NCBI GenBank assembly: GCA_043228905.1
Contig: JBHGNT010000012.1
Span: forward strand, 3,906,001-3,970,000
DNA from: Azolla caroliniana
Lineage: Eukaryota > Plantae > Polypodiophyta
DNA length: 64,000 bases
Direction: 5' to 3'
The translations under genes and the position numbers were made by a program. The notes below the pieces were generated by a model. The model made no database searches. It saw only the letters and a list, made by a program, of their open reading frames with translations, and was not told where the DNA came from. Shown here piece by piece: positions 1 through 14,150 of this stretch (the first letter of the stretch is position 1; every line of letters starts with the position of its first letter).

Positions 1-164
1 AAAACATGATGGATTTGGTTTTTCTAGCGAGAGAAATTTCAGTTCAATCAAAGAGATACGAATCTCCAGACCTCCACTTCCTTTGAGATGGGTAATCTCC
101 CCATCCCTTGTAGAGCCTCGTGGGGAGCATCAACAAGAATCCTCGAGGACTTCAGAGCAGAGGA

Positions 165-3100
165 ATGACAAAAGAGTCACAACTCTTCAGATTCGCACGC
201 CCCAAGGCACGAGTGAATCATCGCTGTAATTCGGCGCACACAAATTTTATACATGAGTTCGGGTTTTCGAGGCCTCTATGGAGAATGCAATATCAACAAT
301 GCCGGAGATTCAGCCTTGTTCCAAGCTTTTATCGGATTCGGGTAAAAACCAGAAAGTGTGCCAAAGGTTCAATATTTGGATCCACAAGTACTGAATGGCT
401 TTTGTATATTTTGTCTTTCTCTTGTGAATGGAGGAGGCCCTTCCATTCAAAAAAAAAAAAACACTAGGAAATGGAAATAACACACTGCATGGTCTCTGTT
501 CCTCTCTGCCTCTTGCTACACCCCTGAACCATATCCAAGCTCTCTGATTCTTCCAGTCGAGAAAGAAGCAGGACAGAAGAAATCTCGCAGAAAGGCAGAG
601 CTATGTTTCGACTGTGCAAATGGAGGAGACGCCATCCAGAAGCTTCCATTTCCTGCTTACTGTCACAGCTGTTTACCTCACCTCTCCATTGCTCTGTATG
701 ATATGGAAAAGAAAAATAAAACCCTCCTTCTTGACATTGGAAAATGTTTCATGATTTTTTCCCCCTCTCATTCAGAAAGAGTTTAGGGATTTTGATTTAT
801 TTTTGTTTTTTTTGCATCAGGATTTTATAGATTGGCCATCATTACATGCCCACAATGCGTCTTTTCATAGCATTATCTCTCCTCGGATCAATTCTGTACC
901 AAAATGTATGATGAAATTTGTTGATTTAAAGTCGAAATTTATTTAGATAACTTGATTAACGTTCATTCCAGATAACTTGTTGTTGGTTAAGATAACTTTA
1001 TTGCTGTACATTAAGATTTGACTGCAATGAATTGTTGTGGTTGATTAAGATTCATTTGGTCAGCTTTGTTCCATTAGATTTATGTTCATCTAGATAAGCA
1101 TTAAAAATTAGGATTGAAGGCTATATTTTAGTTTCTATCCTAAAATGCCACTGAACGAATCATGTCTCCTTGTAAGATGATGAAATTATTGCGATAGTTT
1201 AAGATTTGCTCGGATTATGCATTATAAATCAAGGTTCATTTTCAGATTGTGATATTAACTAAATTCAGAGGTCAAAAATTTCATTTATTCTCCATCTTAA
1301 CGTGGAACTGAATGCATTATGTCTCCTTATAAGACAGTGAATTCATGCCTTCTCGGGCCTTTGATGATATGTGGTGGATCCAGAGTTTTGAAATCTTCTG
1401 TTTCTCTTGGTCAAACTGTCATACGTTGCTTTCATGCTACAGGTATTCATTCACATGTGAGTCAAACTATCCAAAAATGAAGTTCTCAGTTTTATTTCAT
1501 CTAGGAATGTGTTAAAAAAATTGAAATCTTGTGAATGAAAAATATTGGTCTACAACCAAAGTTCTTGTATTTCATAAGCATATGTCTGTAAGGATGAACT
1601 ACAGAACTTAAGTACATATTCTATTTACCATTTCCTTTTTTTCTAATCTTTGCTTTAGGTTTATGCTTAACTTTTTTTTTCGTTTCTAGTCTTTCTCTAG
1701 TATTTCATCCTTATATTTATTTTATAGTCAGACTGGACTATCCTTGTGTTAAGACATTAGGTTGATTCATTTAACATTCATGTTATGTAGAGCTTTTAGG
1801 GATTTCCGTGATCTTGATTTTTATCAGGACAAGCCATGGCTAGCAGGGATTATTATGAAGTGCTCGGTGTCAGTAGAAGTGCTGGACAGTCTGAAATCAA
1901 GAAAGCATACTATGCGGTATAATTGGATTTCAAATCTAGATCTTACAGATTTTACTGCATATTTATAGCTTAACATTTTTTGTTGGATTTTTTTCATTAA
2001 TAGTTGGCAAAGAAGCATCATCCTGATACTAACAAGGAGGATCCAGATGCTGAGAAGAAATTCCAAGAGATACAACGGGCATACGAGGTATAGAGAACTA
2101 GTTGATTTATATATGGAGAACATGCATTTATGTAAACGATATTTTCATTGATTTATATTTGATTCTGTGCTACAGACTTTGAAAGATGAAGAAAGACGTT
2201 CTTCTTATGACCAGGTACACAGTGGTGATATGAATAAACATAAATAAAGTTCTAGACATAATGAAATATTTTATATATGATATGTAGTTTTATTACATGT
2301 GAATTTGAATGTACTTTAAACTCGTACATAATATCAGGCCATTGATTCGAATGAGAAAAGAATCCTCTATATCTATCATTGTCATTCATAATATATTCAA
2401 GATGCCAACGTGTGCAGAGTGACTTTCGTATCTCTTATCATCACAATGTATTCATGAAAATTGCTCTTCGAACTTGTCTACTCTATCTGGAGTAGTTAGG
2501 AAAATGTTTTTAATATGATGCGACTGATGATACATTGGTTATTTTCTTCTTTTGAGATATATCTGAACGATGAAAGAATCCTCTATATCTATCACTGTCA
2601 TTCATAATATACTGAGGATGCCATTGTGCGCAGAGTGACTTTTCGCATCTCTTATCATCACAATGTGTCCATGAAAATTGCTCTTCTAACTTGTGTACTC
2701 GATCTGGAGTAGTTAGGAAAATGTTGTTGAATACAATGTGACTGACGATACATCGGTTACTATGTCCATGAATAACTACATCTTTTCACCGCATAACCAT
2801 CCAATATACAGACTGCCCCCATGCTTGGGCCTATACGTGGTCAGCCATGCTTTGGGACTCCCATTGCAACCAGAGGGTTCATTGATGATATATTGGGCCT
2901 ATATACTGCCTGAACATGCTAGAGTTCTAGCCTACGACTACTCTATGAATGTATGATTGTATCATTCTCATAGAACCGGACTTGGCCATCCCACTCACCC
3001 AAGGCAATTATCAGCTGCAGCATATAAGTTTCCTAAAGTGCTACTTTTTTTAAAGGCAAAAAAAATCTGTTTTGGAAAAATGCCCGTTTCAAGCTTTAGC

Positions 3101-6100
3101 CTGACTTATTGCTTTACATATGACATGCATGGGGTCATTGTATGACATTGGTGATGATGTGCTATAATTATACCTGAAGCCGGCAAGATGTGAAAATACT
3201 TCAACCACATTCTATGTTTGGGTTCCAAGGCTCTAATATCTATACATGTGTGTATGCACTGTTATACCTTTAGCAATAAGTGAAATCATGCATATGCATT
3301 ACGGTAACTGCATGTGATAATTTTACCATGTCAATGTTCATGTACTAATGCACTTGAGCTTTATTTTATATTGCTATGTATGAGTTTCCACAAAGATAGT
3401 GCTGACCATACTTCAACGTTTATATACATTTTTCTGCTCAATTGTAGGTCTGTATTTATTTGGAGGAATAGGTTGCAGCGGCTTATGCCTTTTCTCTTTC
3501 TTGTTGCAGTTAGGTCATGAAAATTATGAGAAAATGGGAACTGGAGGTGGGCCTGGGGGTGGCTTTGGAGGATTTGGAGGATTTGGTGGCTTTGGAGGTT
3601 TTGATGAGGTATGTACCTGCCACTTCACGAGGTTAGCATTTTGATCAATTTGGCATTTCTTCTTTAAGTATATTATACTATATTGTGTAAAGTCATTAAC
3701 ATAAAATAAGAAGCACCCAGGGTTAGGTGCACCTGAATTTATCCAAGTAAGAATTTACATATTGCTTATGAAGTTGTCAATTGTTAGAAAAACATACGCT
3801 AGGTAGAGATGATTCAGCTTTAATATTTTCTTCACTAGGATAAAGCTTTGTTTCAATACATCGAATCTGGAAGGCTTTGTTAGGTCATGTTTATCTCTGT
3901 ATGAACTTAATGCTAGAAGGACCTTACCAGTAGTATTTGAAGAGGTATTGTTTGTGGCAAAATTATTGCCAGGGATGTAATAGTGGAATGGACATTCACG
4001 CAGATCTGATTGGCAAAAGTGATCATCCCTATAAGATTGTTCCAAATTTATTAAGTTGTTGCTTTTGATATTTGAAGTGATAGTATATATACTTCAGTTT
4101 TTGTTGGTTTAACAGGCCATTCTCATGATAAATGTTTTGGTTTTAGAATTGTTTACTATTCATACAATGGTGGGTTTCCCTTATCTCGTATTTCTTCTGC
4201 ACAAAGCCAATATTCTCTCTGTTTGGGAATGGGGCTTCTCATTTGCAGATCAGCATATATGTGTCTTCAGGAGCTGGGCAACATAGCAAATGGGAAAAAT
4301 GTTTGATTTACAATGTAGATTAGTAAACCATTTTGGTTATCTGCGAGCTGAAGGTTTGGTGTTGAAGCTGAATAAGCTTTGAATTTAGGCAATAGAATTA
4401 TAATCTAGAAATTAATATTGATATAATGTAGCTTGATATTCAATGCTATAATTTTCCTATGTAGTTTTTCAAAATGATGAAGGGTGCTGGTGGAATGGGT
4501 GGAGGTGGAGAGGATATAAAGGTAAAAAGTTGTGCCTTGTCCTTTCATTCAGAGTTTGTCTATGCAATTCAAGCATGTGGTAATATTGCTATTTCCAAAC
4601 TTTGGACGTGTAGGTTCTTTTAGATGTTTCTTTCAGGGAGGCTGTGGATGGATGCACAAAAAATGTGACTTTCTATGCTGCTTCCCGTTGCGATTCTTGC
4701 CGTAAGTCGGTCACTCTTGTGTTTATTTTGTTGGTTGGTTGCATGTTTTTGCGACCATCTGTATCTCCTGCTGTTATGCAGATGGAAGTGGCATGCCTCC
4801 GGGAGTAAGGCCTCAAGTATGCAGTAATTGTAATGGGACAGGAATGGTAACTTTTTATACTGCTTTCTATCACACTGAGGTACCCTATGAATATCCCCTT
4901 AGCTGAATTTTCTCTTTCCAGAGTATGAAACAGCCCCAATTGGGCTTTATATTTCAGACAACATGTGGTCAATGTGGGGGGTCCGGTCAAGTAGTGAAGG
5001 TAACATATAATTTTACAGCATGTAAGTTTGTTGTAGTTAAAAAACATGACTTGTGGCCAATGTGGATGTTTGGGTCAAATAGTGAAGTCAGTCTGACTTC
5101 ATTTGGGAATTGTTTTATGGCATTGAAGTTGTCTTATAGTTGAAGTATTACTTCTTTCCATTTAGGAGAAGTGTGCAAGATGCAGTGGTAAGGGAACTGT
5201 CAAAGTGAAGAAATCAGTAACAGTGAATGTACCGCCTGGTAAGAAAAGCATGAATAATGCTTTTTGCAGATTGTTATTTTATTGGCAGAGGATTGTTCTG
5301 ATTTTCATCTATGTATGTACAGGGGTTGACAATGATAACACTATTAGAGTACCTGGTGAAGGAGGTGTTTCAGCCAAGTCACCCCGAGCTGGAGATGTCT
5401 ATGTTACTTTGAAAGTTAGTTCTCTACTTTAGGTTGTGTAGATTTCAATTTTGGCATGGAAGTTATTTGACCTTTGGTTTTGAGGCCACAATTTGCATTT
5501 TCTAGGTTTTACCAGACCCAGTCTTCAGGAGAGAGGGAACCAGTGTCCATGTGGATGTTCCTATCAGTTTTACAACGGTAAAGCCAGTCACATATTAGCT
5601 TGCAGTGTTCCATGCACAGTTCTTTCAATAACATTAAAAGTGTTTTAGGCTATTCTTGGAGGAAAAGCTCAAGTGCCAACTCTGACAGGAGATGTGCTAC
5701 TCAAGGTAAATAAGTATACATACACAACAAAATTTTATGAAGATATGCTTTGATGAGAAATCCATTTTGACACATCCACGTTCATTTCATGTTCTGTTAT
5801 TTTTGCTTCAGGTGCGTCCTGGAACACAGCCTGGGGAGAAAGAAGTTCTCAAAGGAAAAGGTATGTACGACGGTGTAGTCTTTTACACATCTTTGGGGCG
5901 GACTTGAACGTTACTATGTATGCGATATATGGCTTTATTATGTCTTCATATTTTATTACTGACTAGGCATAAGAGCATTGAACTCCCCATATTCTGGAGA
6001 CCAGTTTGTTCATTTTCAAGTGATGATCCCAATGTAAGTATATGGATTTTCTTTTGTTTTCTTTTTGACATTATCCTTGGATTGAACGCTAGATATTGAA

Positions 6101-6226
6101 ATATATGCATCAATCAGGAATCTAACTCAGAGACAGCGATCCATTATTGAGGAGTATCGCGATGAGGAGATGAAAGCCACGAATGACAAGAATTCTGCAG
6201 TTTCTGAGAAAACTTGTGAAGATTGA
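165..6226 (+). CDS. Class A (type I) DnaJ/Hsp40 co-chaperone, mitochondrial GFA2-like, multi-exon
   Basis: GT-AG exons in continuous frame: ~1828-1916 (RDYYEVLGVSRSAGQSEIKKAYYA), 2004-2087 (LAKKHHPD, J-domain HPD), 2176-2214, 3510-3608 (G/F-rich GGFGGFGGF), 4465-4521, 4614-4701, 4782-4846, 4922-4999 and 5166-5238 (four CxxCxGxG zinc motifs), 5323-5414, 5506-5577, 5649-5705, 5812-5860, 5967-6033, 6118-6226 (stop TGA). An upstream exon ends RCFHAT|gt at ~1442. The start codon and first exons are uncertain; ATG165 opens an Arg/Ser-rich presequence-like stretch ending at a GT near 342. Confidence 0.9.
2351..2760. repeat. Diverged ~215-bp tandem duplication inside a DnaJ intron
   Basis: GAATCCTCTATATCTATCA...GGAGTAGTTAGGAAAATGTT occurs at ~2360-2510 and again at ~2576-2725. 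Confidence 0.85.
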
Positions 6227-6701
6227 CATACCTGAATTTTTTTGCCACCTCTTGAGTAATGGGGTTTGCATGTATAATAGCAGTATATAACGATTCAATA
6301 TAGGGTTTTGTATATTGAAAGTTTTTTTTTCATATAATTCTTTATGAAGTCAAATTTCTGATTTAAATAGGTTAAGAATACAAAGGTGTTATTAAGTTAC
6401 TCCTCAAATATGATAATAATCATATCTTATCTTGCTTAGTTGATTGTCCAAAAGAGTAAACAGTGTGATGAAGGGTTCTGTTGGCATGAGGGTGTCAGGT
6501 GGACTTTTACCCGACATAGCTTTTTGCTGGAAAATTATGTCTGTTTTTTAGCGCTATTGCTTATGTGAAGAGATTTTGAGATTGGAAATGCAGATCTTGT
6601 CGGTGGATCATTTCATGTAGACCGCAGTGGGATATGGTAGAATTTTGAAACAACTGACTACGAACATTGGCTACCATGTTGCCCTCAAGCTTTTCAGTGT
6701 G

Positions 6702-9330
6702 ATTAGAATTAGAATTAGAATTAGAATTTTTATTGTCCATAAAAAGGCCAAATTTGACCTATGGGACTAGACTCTAGAGTATACATGTGTTCTTGATATG
6801 TGTCTCCTTCCTAAGAAGGGGTATTCATACATTGAAGCACAATGCCTCTATGTGTGAATAAAGCATACACATATGAGGTCAACCTTCTTGGTGGTGTCTT
6901 AAGTATGGCACTTAAGTTATCACTCCCTCTTAGTATGTCAGCATGTCTTGAATGAATTGCACTATATGTCAAGCATGTGAAGAGCAAGTGACATTCATCC
7001 TCTACCATGCCTTCAGTGCATACTTTGCATGTCTTCAAATTAGTTACATTTTGATACCATGATGCAACTTCAATACCTAACTTGTGAGATTGAGTGCGAA
7101 GTAGTGTAAGGGCTCTACGAGCATTACTATGCCTTTTGGTAATGAGATAAGGTTGGATATGATCAAAAGGCATTCTTGCTATATATTGAGACCAACATTC
7201 AGGGTTGACATTTGCAATGTAGTTTTCTAGCTTTGTCCTCTTAGCATCTTCCCACTTCATCCTTAATGATTCCACCAGCCTTTCCTCAATCATTACATAT
7301 TGCATAACATTGCCCGAAAGTTCTAAAGGATCATCCAAACCCCATCTTCTAAACCATTTCCTTATGTCAGCAACCCAACCGGATGAGAGAATCTTACTTT
7401 TATGATTCTTTTGTAGCTTATATCCAGCATTCCAAGCAAGATGTGGCAATCGATGTTTTGGCATATTCTTGACTTTTGTAATGTATTTATATACTCTTTG
7501 GAGTGCCAATAGTTCTATGGGTCGAACACCTGTTTCCAATAGCATAACCTGGTAAGAGGTAGTGCATTAACTCCTAATTGCCTCCTTAAAAACATCTTTT
7601 GAATTTTCTCAATCTCATTCCATGCATTAAAAGAGATGGTGCCACCCCATACTTCTACTCCATAAAAGGTAATACGATTTCCAACTGGCTTGGAGCCTAG
7701 AATCAAGGCATGCACTCTAGTTATCTGTGGCAAGTACATCAATACCAAGATATTTAAAGCTTCAAACAAATTGTATATGCTCACCTCTATATCTGAGGAT
7801 AGGGTAAGGATGAGGTTGGATGGTTTGCATTACCATCATTTTTGTTTTCTCCACATTCATTGCTAGTCCACTATTATGGCAAAATTCTTGTAATATCCCA
7901 AGTCAATTTTGCATATATCAACATCATATAAGAAGAGTACCACATCATCTGCATATAGAAGCAATAAGATAACATGTTGCATCAATTTGGGGGCATTCAA
8001 TCCTTCTTCTCTTGCAACCTTATTCACCACTTCTTCTAATTTATCAATACATAAGCCAAAGAGTGTGGGTGATAGTGGACATCCTTGCTTGACCCCATGT
8101 TACTTAAAAAAGTGCTTTGAGAATCCACTATCCTTTTTTAGTTGGCATTTAACTTGTTCATATAGGCATGCAACAACAACTCGGTACTCTAATGGCATGT
8201 CAATCTCTACCATTCTATTCCAAAGCTCACTTCGGGGTACAGTATCAAAAGCTTTCTTAAAATCAACAAAACAACAATAAAGTGTTTTTCCTTGTAGTCG
8301 ACTCTCTTCCATGATTACTCTCAATGTGACCAAATGATCCACATTGGAGTGTTTTGGTCTAAATCATGCTTGCCCAAGTGCTCTTTTGCTTGTACTTTTG
8401 GCCCATGTGCTTATCTTTTGCTCCATAATAATGCTATATAATTTAGCAATAGTTGAGCTCACCATTATTGTACGATAATTTGATACTTGATTCTTATCTC
8501 CGGCTTAAAATATTGGTTTAATCCATTTCATAAGCCAATCATTTGGAAATCCTTGTTTTATAGCTTGCACTATAATTGTCATTATCCAATGACGAGTATG
8601 TGGCATTGTCCATTTTAAAAACTCACTTGAGATGTAGGTTGCATCTGCTGCTTTCCCACTCGCCATCTTCTTTATTCCCTTATTGACATCAATATCGATA
8701 CATGTAGTGCATGGTGTTTCAATTTTCACAACCACAGGAACCACGCCTTCATGCATATATAGCCTTTGTACATAGTCTAACATCTCTTCATTTGTAAAGT
8801 GGCCTTTCACATCTTCTTTCTTACCCTTGAGTTGTCCCCATGCTAATTTTGGTTTGAGCTTAAACAAGTTTTTCTTTTTCATCTCTTGCATTTGGAAATA
8901 TTTTCTTTTCTTTCTCCTCACTACTTTCTTATATAGGTATCATGTAACAATCTTTTCATTTTCCCCCTCTATGGACTTAAACCATTTGAGATACATCTTA
9001 CATTCATCGTCGAACCAAGAATTATATGGAAAACTACACATCTTATGCCCACCCGCATGTCTCTTAAAGTATTGATACCCAACCTTAAAGGATGGTATCC
9101 TTCAAATGTTGCCAATTTTCTTTAACATCGTTGCTTAGAGAAAAAATTAACAAATGGTTCTCCACTTCATTTGTATACATCTTAGCTTTTTCGTAGCAAG
9201 GTGGGATGATACATCTCTTTTCATCTTTCACTCCATGGCATCTATTGGTGAAATGTGGAATTGCAAGCCCTAAGTACAATGGCTTGTGGTCAACGTCTCG
9301 AGATAGAGAACCAGCTTTAAACACATTCAC
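6702..9330 (-). mobile_element. Degenerate 5'-truncated non-LTR retrotransposon (RTE/RTEX-like LINE)
   Basis: Broken minus-strand frames: end of the APE domain (DVDHKPL), RT motifs YCCFVDFKKAFDTVPR, GVKQGCPLSPTLF and LLYADDVVL, and C-terminal LRTQSHKLGIE...CKVC...VEDECHLLFTC. The 3' end is a hairpin, then AATAAA, then a (TTCTAA)4 tail at 6702-6726. Confidence 0.85.
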
Positions 9331-10149
9331 CAATGATAGATCACATGCTAATCAACCACACTTCCTCCACCCAAGGATGGTAAACATGTGAGCACATTTG
9401 TCAATGTTGGAGATCCCATGTGTGTTGACATTGTCAACAAGTATAACCAAGAATAGATTGAGTAGACCTAAGGTGCAAGACATTCTATCAACCATAACAA
9501 GGAAAACTTGTGCATTTTTAGAGAAATATTTGAGAGGAATACACTTATGGAAATCACAAAGTGTGAGGTCTACAAAGCGCACCAATGGAAGGGCCATGCC
9601 TTGCAAATTCAATCTAATAGTAGCATTAAAGAGGCTATTGGATGGTTCTTAATGACAACAAAGATTATTAGGAGATGCAAGCATTATCCAAAATGATTGG
9701 GCATTGTGGCTTCTTGAAAGCCTTAACTTTAATTTAGGATTTTACCCGAGCAAGACATAGTTGCGAAGTTATCCCTCAACCACCTAAGCCGCTAAACTCT
9801 ATGATTTTGTGCCTTGAGTTGTTATTTCATATTAGGTTTTGGCCTTATGGATGGGTGTTAAAGGTTGATTCTTCAAAAGTCACAAGAGATCACACTCAAT
9901 TTGAAATTACACTCATTTATCATTTAAGGGACTTGGAATATTTTCCATTTTCAACACTCAAGTGGGTAACATGCTCATCAAATCCCTTTGATTTCAATTA
10001 ATTAGGTTCAAAACTTTTGTAGTTCCCCTATTTTGACACTTAAAATTGTTCAACACGTGATTGGAACTAGGCGCAATAACTTGAAAGCTGAAAACATGCT
10101 AGTAAATACATGACAAAATTCCAAGTTTGCAAAGTAGTAATTTTCACCA

Positions 10150-11460
10150 TATGTAATGAAAAGGCAATGCCGTGGGTTTGTGCAAAACATTTGACAACAA
10201 ATCGAGCTTTTTATTGATTGACAAGGCCCTCAATGTGGGGCTTTACCTTATAGATCCATCAACTACCAATGGCCTTCTTGTGTGGTAAATATTAGATGAG
10301 GTCCCATGTCTCATTGTTGTAGAGAGCTCGCATCTTTGTATCATTTGCTTTCACCCATAGAGGATCATGGGCCGCTTTAGCAAAGCTTTCTAGCTCAAAG
10401 TCAACCACCAACCTCATTATGAAGGTATAATGTTGTGCTATGCAATTGTTGTAGCCAAACCAAGTCATTAGATTCTTCACAAGTGTGGAGCACTATAATC
10501 ATTTTTGTTTGTAGTAGGTTTCTCTTCAAGTGAGGTGTCCTTATCGATAAGCAATCTAAGCTCATCATCAATCGATGGAGTGAAGTTTCATAGGACAATG
10601 GAGAGCATTTCATCTCCATTGGGACCTTTCAAGAACGTCTTTATACTTGGGCAACTTACCTTTGCAATTTATTGGGTTAGGCTTTAGTTGCATTACAATA
10701 AGACTTATTGGTCGAGGCTTGATTGTTCATCTAGGTTATTCATCATGTTTGAAGTTGGGTTGTTGGCATGATCATTTTGGGTTTAGCTTGGCTTGACATT
10801 CACTTCGACATTGATATTGTGTTGTCATTGGTCACCATAGGTGCAAGAAAATTTGGAATTTACCACAATGCCAATTCTACATGAACATTAACAATTGAGG
10901 GGTTATAACACATATGCCCCTTTGCCCAAATAAGTAATTGGAAAGACCATACTTTTTCTACCTTAGGTTTGGCTTCATTCACACATAATCAAGGATCACC
11001 ATATAAGAGAAATGATCAAAAACTCTTTATAGGACAAAATGAGCTTCATTCCAAATAAGTACTTGTGCAAAGTCACATAGTGTGCTTTGGAAGCTAGGGA
11101 TTGATTCAAGACATATATGTTCATGCATATCGCTTTTGCCCAATTTTAATGCACATGTGTTCCTCTATTACCATGGAATGGTTTTTTCGTTCCATTACTC
11201 TATTTCTTTGTTGGAGGAATGGTATAAATTCATTTGAGGAGTATTCTTCATTGTTGTTGGACCATTGTTGTTGTTGAACCAAATACATATAATCTTTCGG
11301 CCATTCACTTTCTTGATAAGACTCTTGAATTTTTGGACTTGCAAGAATGCTTCACACTTTTCATGCATCAAGTAGATCCACATGTCATGAGAGTGGTTCT
11401 CTAGGAAGGGAAATGCCACAAAAGCAACCGTGAGATTAGATAAATGAGCAACCCTCACAC
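10150..11460 (-). mobile_element. Decayed Ty1/copia internal remnant (integrase to RT)
   Basis: Integrase-like MWIYLMHEKCEAF...FKSLIKKVNGRKI and RT start DPLWVKANDTKMRALYNNETWDLI...WIYKVK, with many stops and frameshifts. Confidence 0.75.
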
Positions 11461-11509
11461 TTAGATGCCATGTTAATAACTCGATAAGGCAATGAAAATG
11501 AATTAATGA

Positions 11510-11838
<329 letters not shown>

Positions 11839-12186
11839 GACAAGGAAGATGGGTACACGTTATGAGTCATGACTCATGACAAGCATTGGTGGGTTTAATA
11901 CGCATGTGCCCCACCATTTGTGTGTTCACATGTATCCTTAACCTCGTTATCTCAACATGCTTGATGGTTCCAAAGGCTATCCTAATGGCCAATTATCCAA
12001 CCTAATGTTTTCTTTGATTCTATTTATCCCTTATATAGAGTCTATAAATGTTTCCTTTGTAATAAGATGATAGAGTTGTTTGTAAAGCCCATGTCAAGAT
12101 GATTGTCTGAGACTTCCCTCAAGGACACTTTACCTTGTGACATGTGTAGTTGTTGAAGTGTGTTTCCACTTGGGGAAACTCCAAAT

Positions 12187-12236
<50 letters not shown>

Positions 12237-12237
12237 A

Positions 12238-13715
12238 GAAAGAAAGATATATTAACGTCTTCTAAGGCCAAATTTGGCCCATGAGACAATTGGTTTACAA
12301 CAAAATGGGATATTTACCCATTCATCGAAAGTAAAAATAAAATAAAATAAAATAGAGCTTAAGCTAAATAGTTCTAGTAAAATAACAAACATGTTCTACA
12401 ATGAAATTGGTTTATACTAGGCCTCGTTTCATCTCCATCCAAGTCTCTCGAAAAGAAGCGGGAGGTCAAAGGGTTTTGATGTAGATGTGGCCCCCCATGG
12501 TCCCAATGTAGAAGGTACCCCAACCATAGCTTCTAGTCGGCGTAGCTCACATTCCCTTATCTTCTTAATCGTTTCTACTCCATGTCGAGTTGGTTTGAAG
12601 CCCAACATCCGAGGGCGTTTGGTTGTTCTTTGCATTTCTGCTTCCTCAAGAGAGAGGCCGAGTGGCGTAAGTGTATCCACATTCATCTCCCCTTGTTCTT
12701 GAAAAATTACACTACTTACATGTTGATGAATATTAAAAGGGTTATGGTCAACACTTTGTAGCTTATTCTCCCTATGTTGTTTTAGCTCTAAGATATACCT
12801 ACCTAGTCTCTTTATATACGTGGTATCTAATAGTTTGGAGAGGGTGGGAGAGGGTCCTAATATGTCTTGGTATTCTATCCTTATCTCAGCATAGGTTGGA
12901 CACTTGCATGTAAAGTGATACTCATCCTCTATCTCTATATGTGACATAATCTACATAGCCTTTCCTCTCTAGGGACTCTATTAGCTCGACCATTCTCAAT
13001 CTCAAGTTGGTGAGATGATATCCTAAGTTGTCCAATGGCCACCCTTAGTGCATTTGATAAGAATGTATCTAGATATCTTGGTCGTGTAATAAAACCTAAC
13101 TTAGAGAAGTGCAAGAAGTGTTCCTTATAGTACAACATTTTAGATGGGAGTGGCTCTCGTGGGGTGATCCATGTATATCGGGTGTAAATTTGCCATATTT
13201 ATTAGCGTATTACTTTATTACTATCTTCATGAGATATTAAAGTTTGATCTTTACCATGGTTGTACTTAAGGGGAAGTAGGTTATTAATGTCTTTGCCATT
13301 TGCAAGTAACCAACTCACTACAGTGCTATACCAAGAGCTAGTGTCTCCATACGCATATAGGGATCAGGATGCCTCTAAGGCTTGACGGGAGATCCTATCT
13401 TGTGGTTGGCTATGTATCCGATGAATAAAAACTACCACTTGGAAAAGTGCTTCTACTAACATCAGGAGCAAACTGAACTCTACTCTAATAACGTCATGTG
13501 GTATTGTCGATTTGCTTCGGAGTTGAGGTGATAGCATCATCACCAAAGGTCTCTCTAATTGCATCCACATGAAAGGTGGTAGACCTAGAACCCATACTAC
13601 CGATGCATACATGAGGGAAGGGGTCACTAATGAGTCGAAGAGCCATCCCTTAGTCTGTGGCTCTTGAAAGTATGCATGGTGGCATTGTCTCTCTAAAAGT
13701 GAGAGGGATGCATAC
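12238..13715 (-). mobile_element. 3' part of an RTEX-like LINE interrupted by the gypsy element
   Basis: Frames ...FDSLVTPSLMYASVVW, LRISSHQLEIENGR...LCRLC and IEDEYHFTCKCPTY. The 3' UTR hairpin GGCCAAATTTGGCC is at 12266-12279, followed by a (CTTT)/(CT) tail. Confidence 0.85.
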
Positions 13716-14150
13716 TGTCAGGAACAGTACTAAGACAGAGAAGGAATTAGTACTAAACGAAGGATTAGTACTATGAGAGGTGTAGAACTTCTTTGAGAGA
13801 AGGAAGAAGTGAGCGAGACGGAGAGAAAGAGAGAGATCGAGAGAGGGAGAGAGTGATGATAAGAAAGATATGTATTATGTGAAGAGAATATACAATGGTG
13901 GCTAAAAGGCTTAAGACTAGCGTTGAACCAATTTGGTTCAACATAATGCCTAGTGCCCTCTTTTATAGTGTTCTTAGGAATAATCCTGAAGCTTCTAGAA
14001 TGTTCTAGAGAGATCTGGAATATACATCAATTTTCTATGATAAAGTATAAATGAAAATAATATTTTATGTATTACAATTCATAGTCTAATGGTAAGAGCT
14101 TGACCCATGTAGCATAAGGTCATGGGTTTGAGTCTTGCCATATCATGACA
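13716..14150 (-). repeat. 3' LTR of the chromovirus (435 bp)
   Basis: Direct repeat of 18951-19446, preceded on the minus strand by the PPT TAAAGGGGGGAGATAG. Confidence 0.95.

Noticed and set aside
9380-9900. Possible L1 ORF1 remnant on the plus strand
   Set aside because: Too degenerate to assign by eye.
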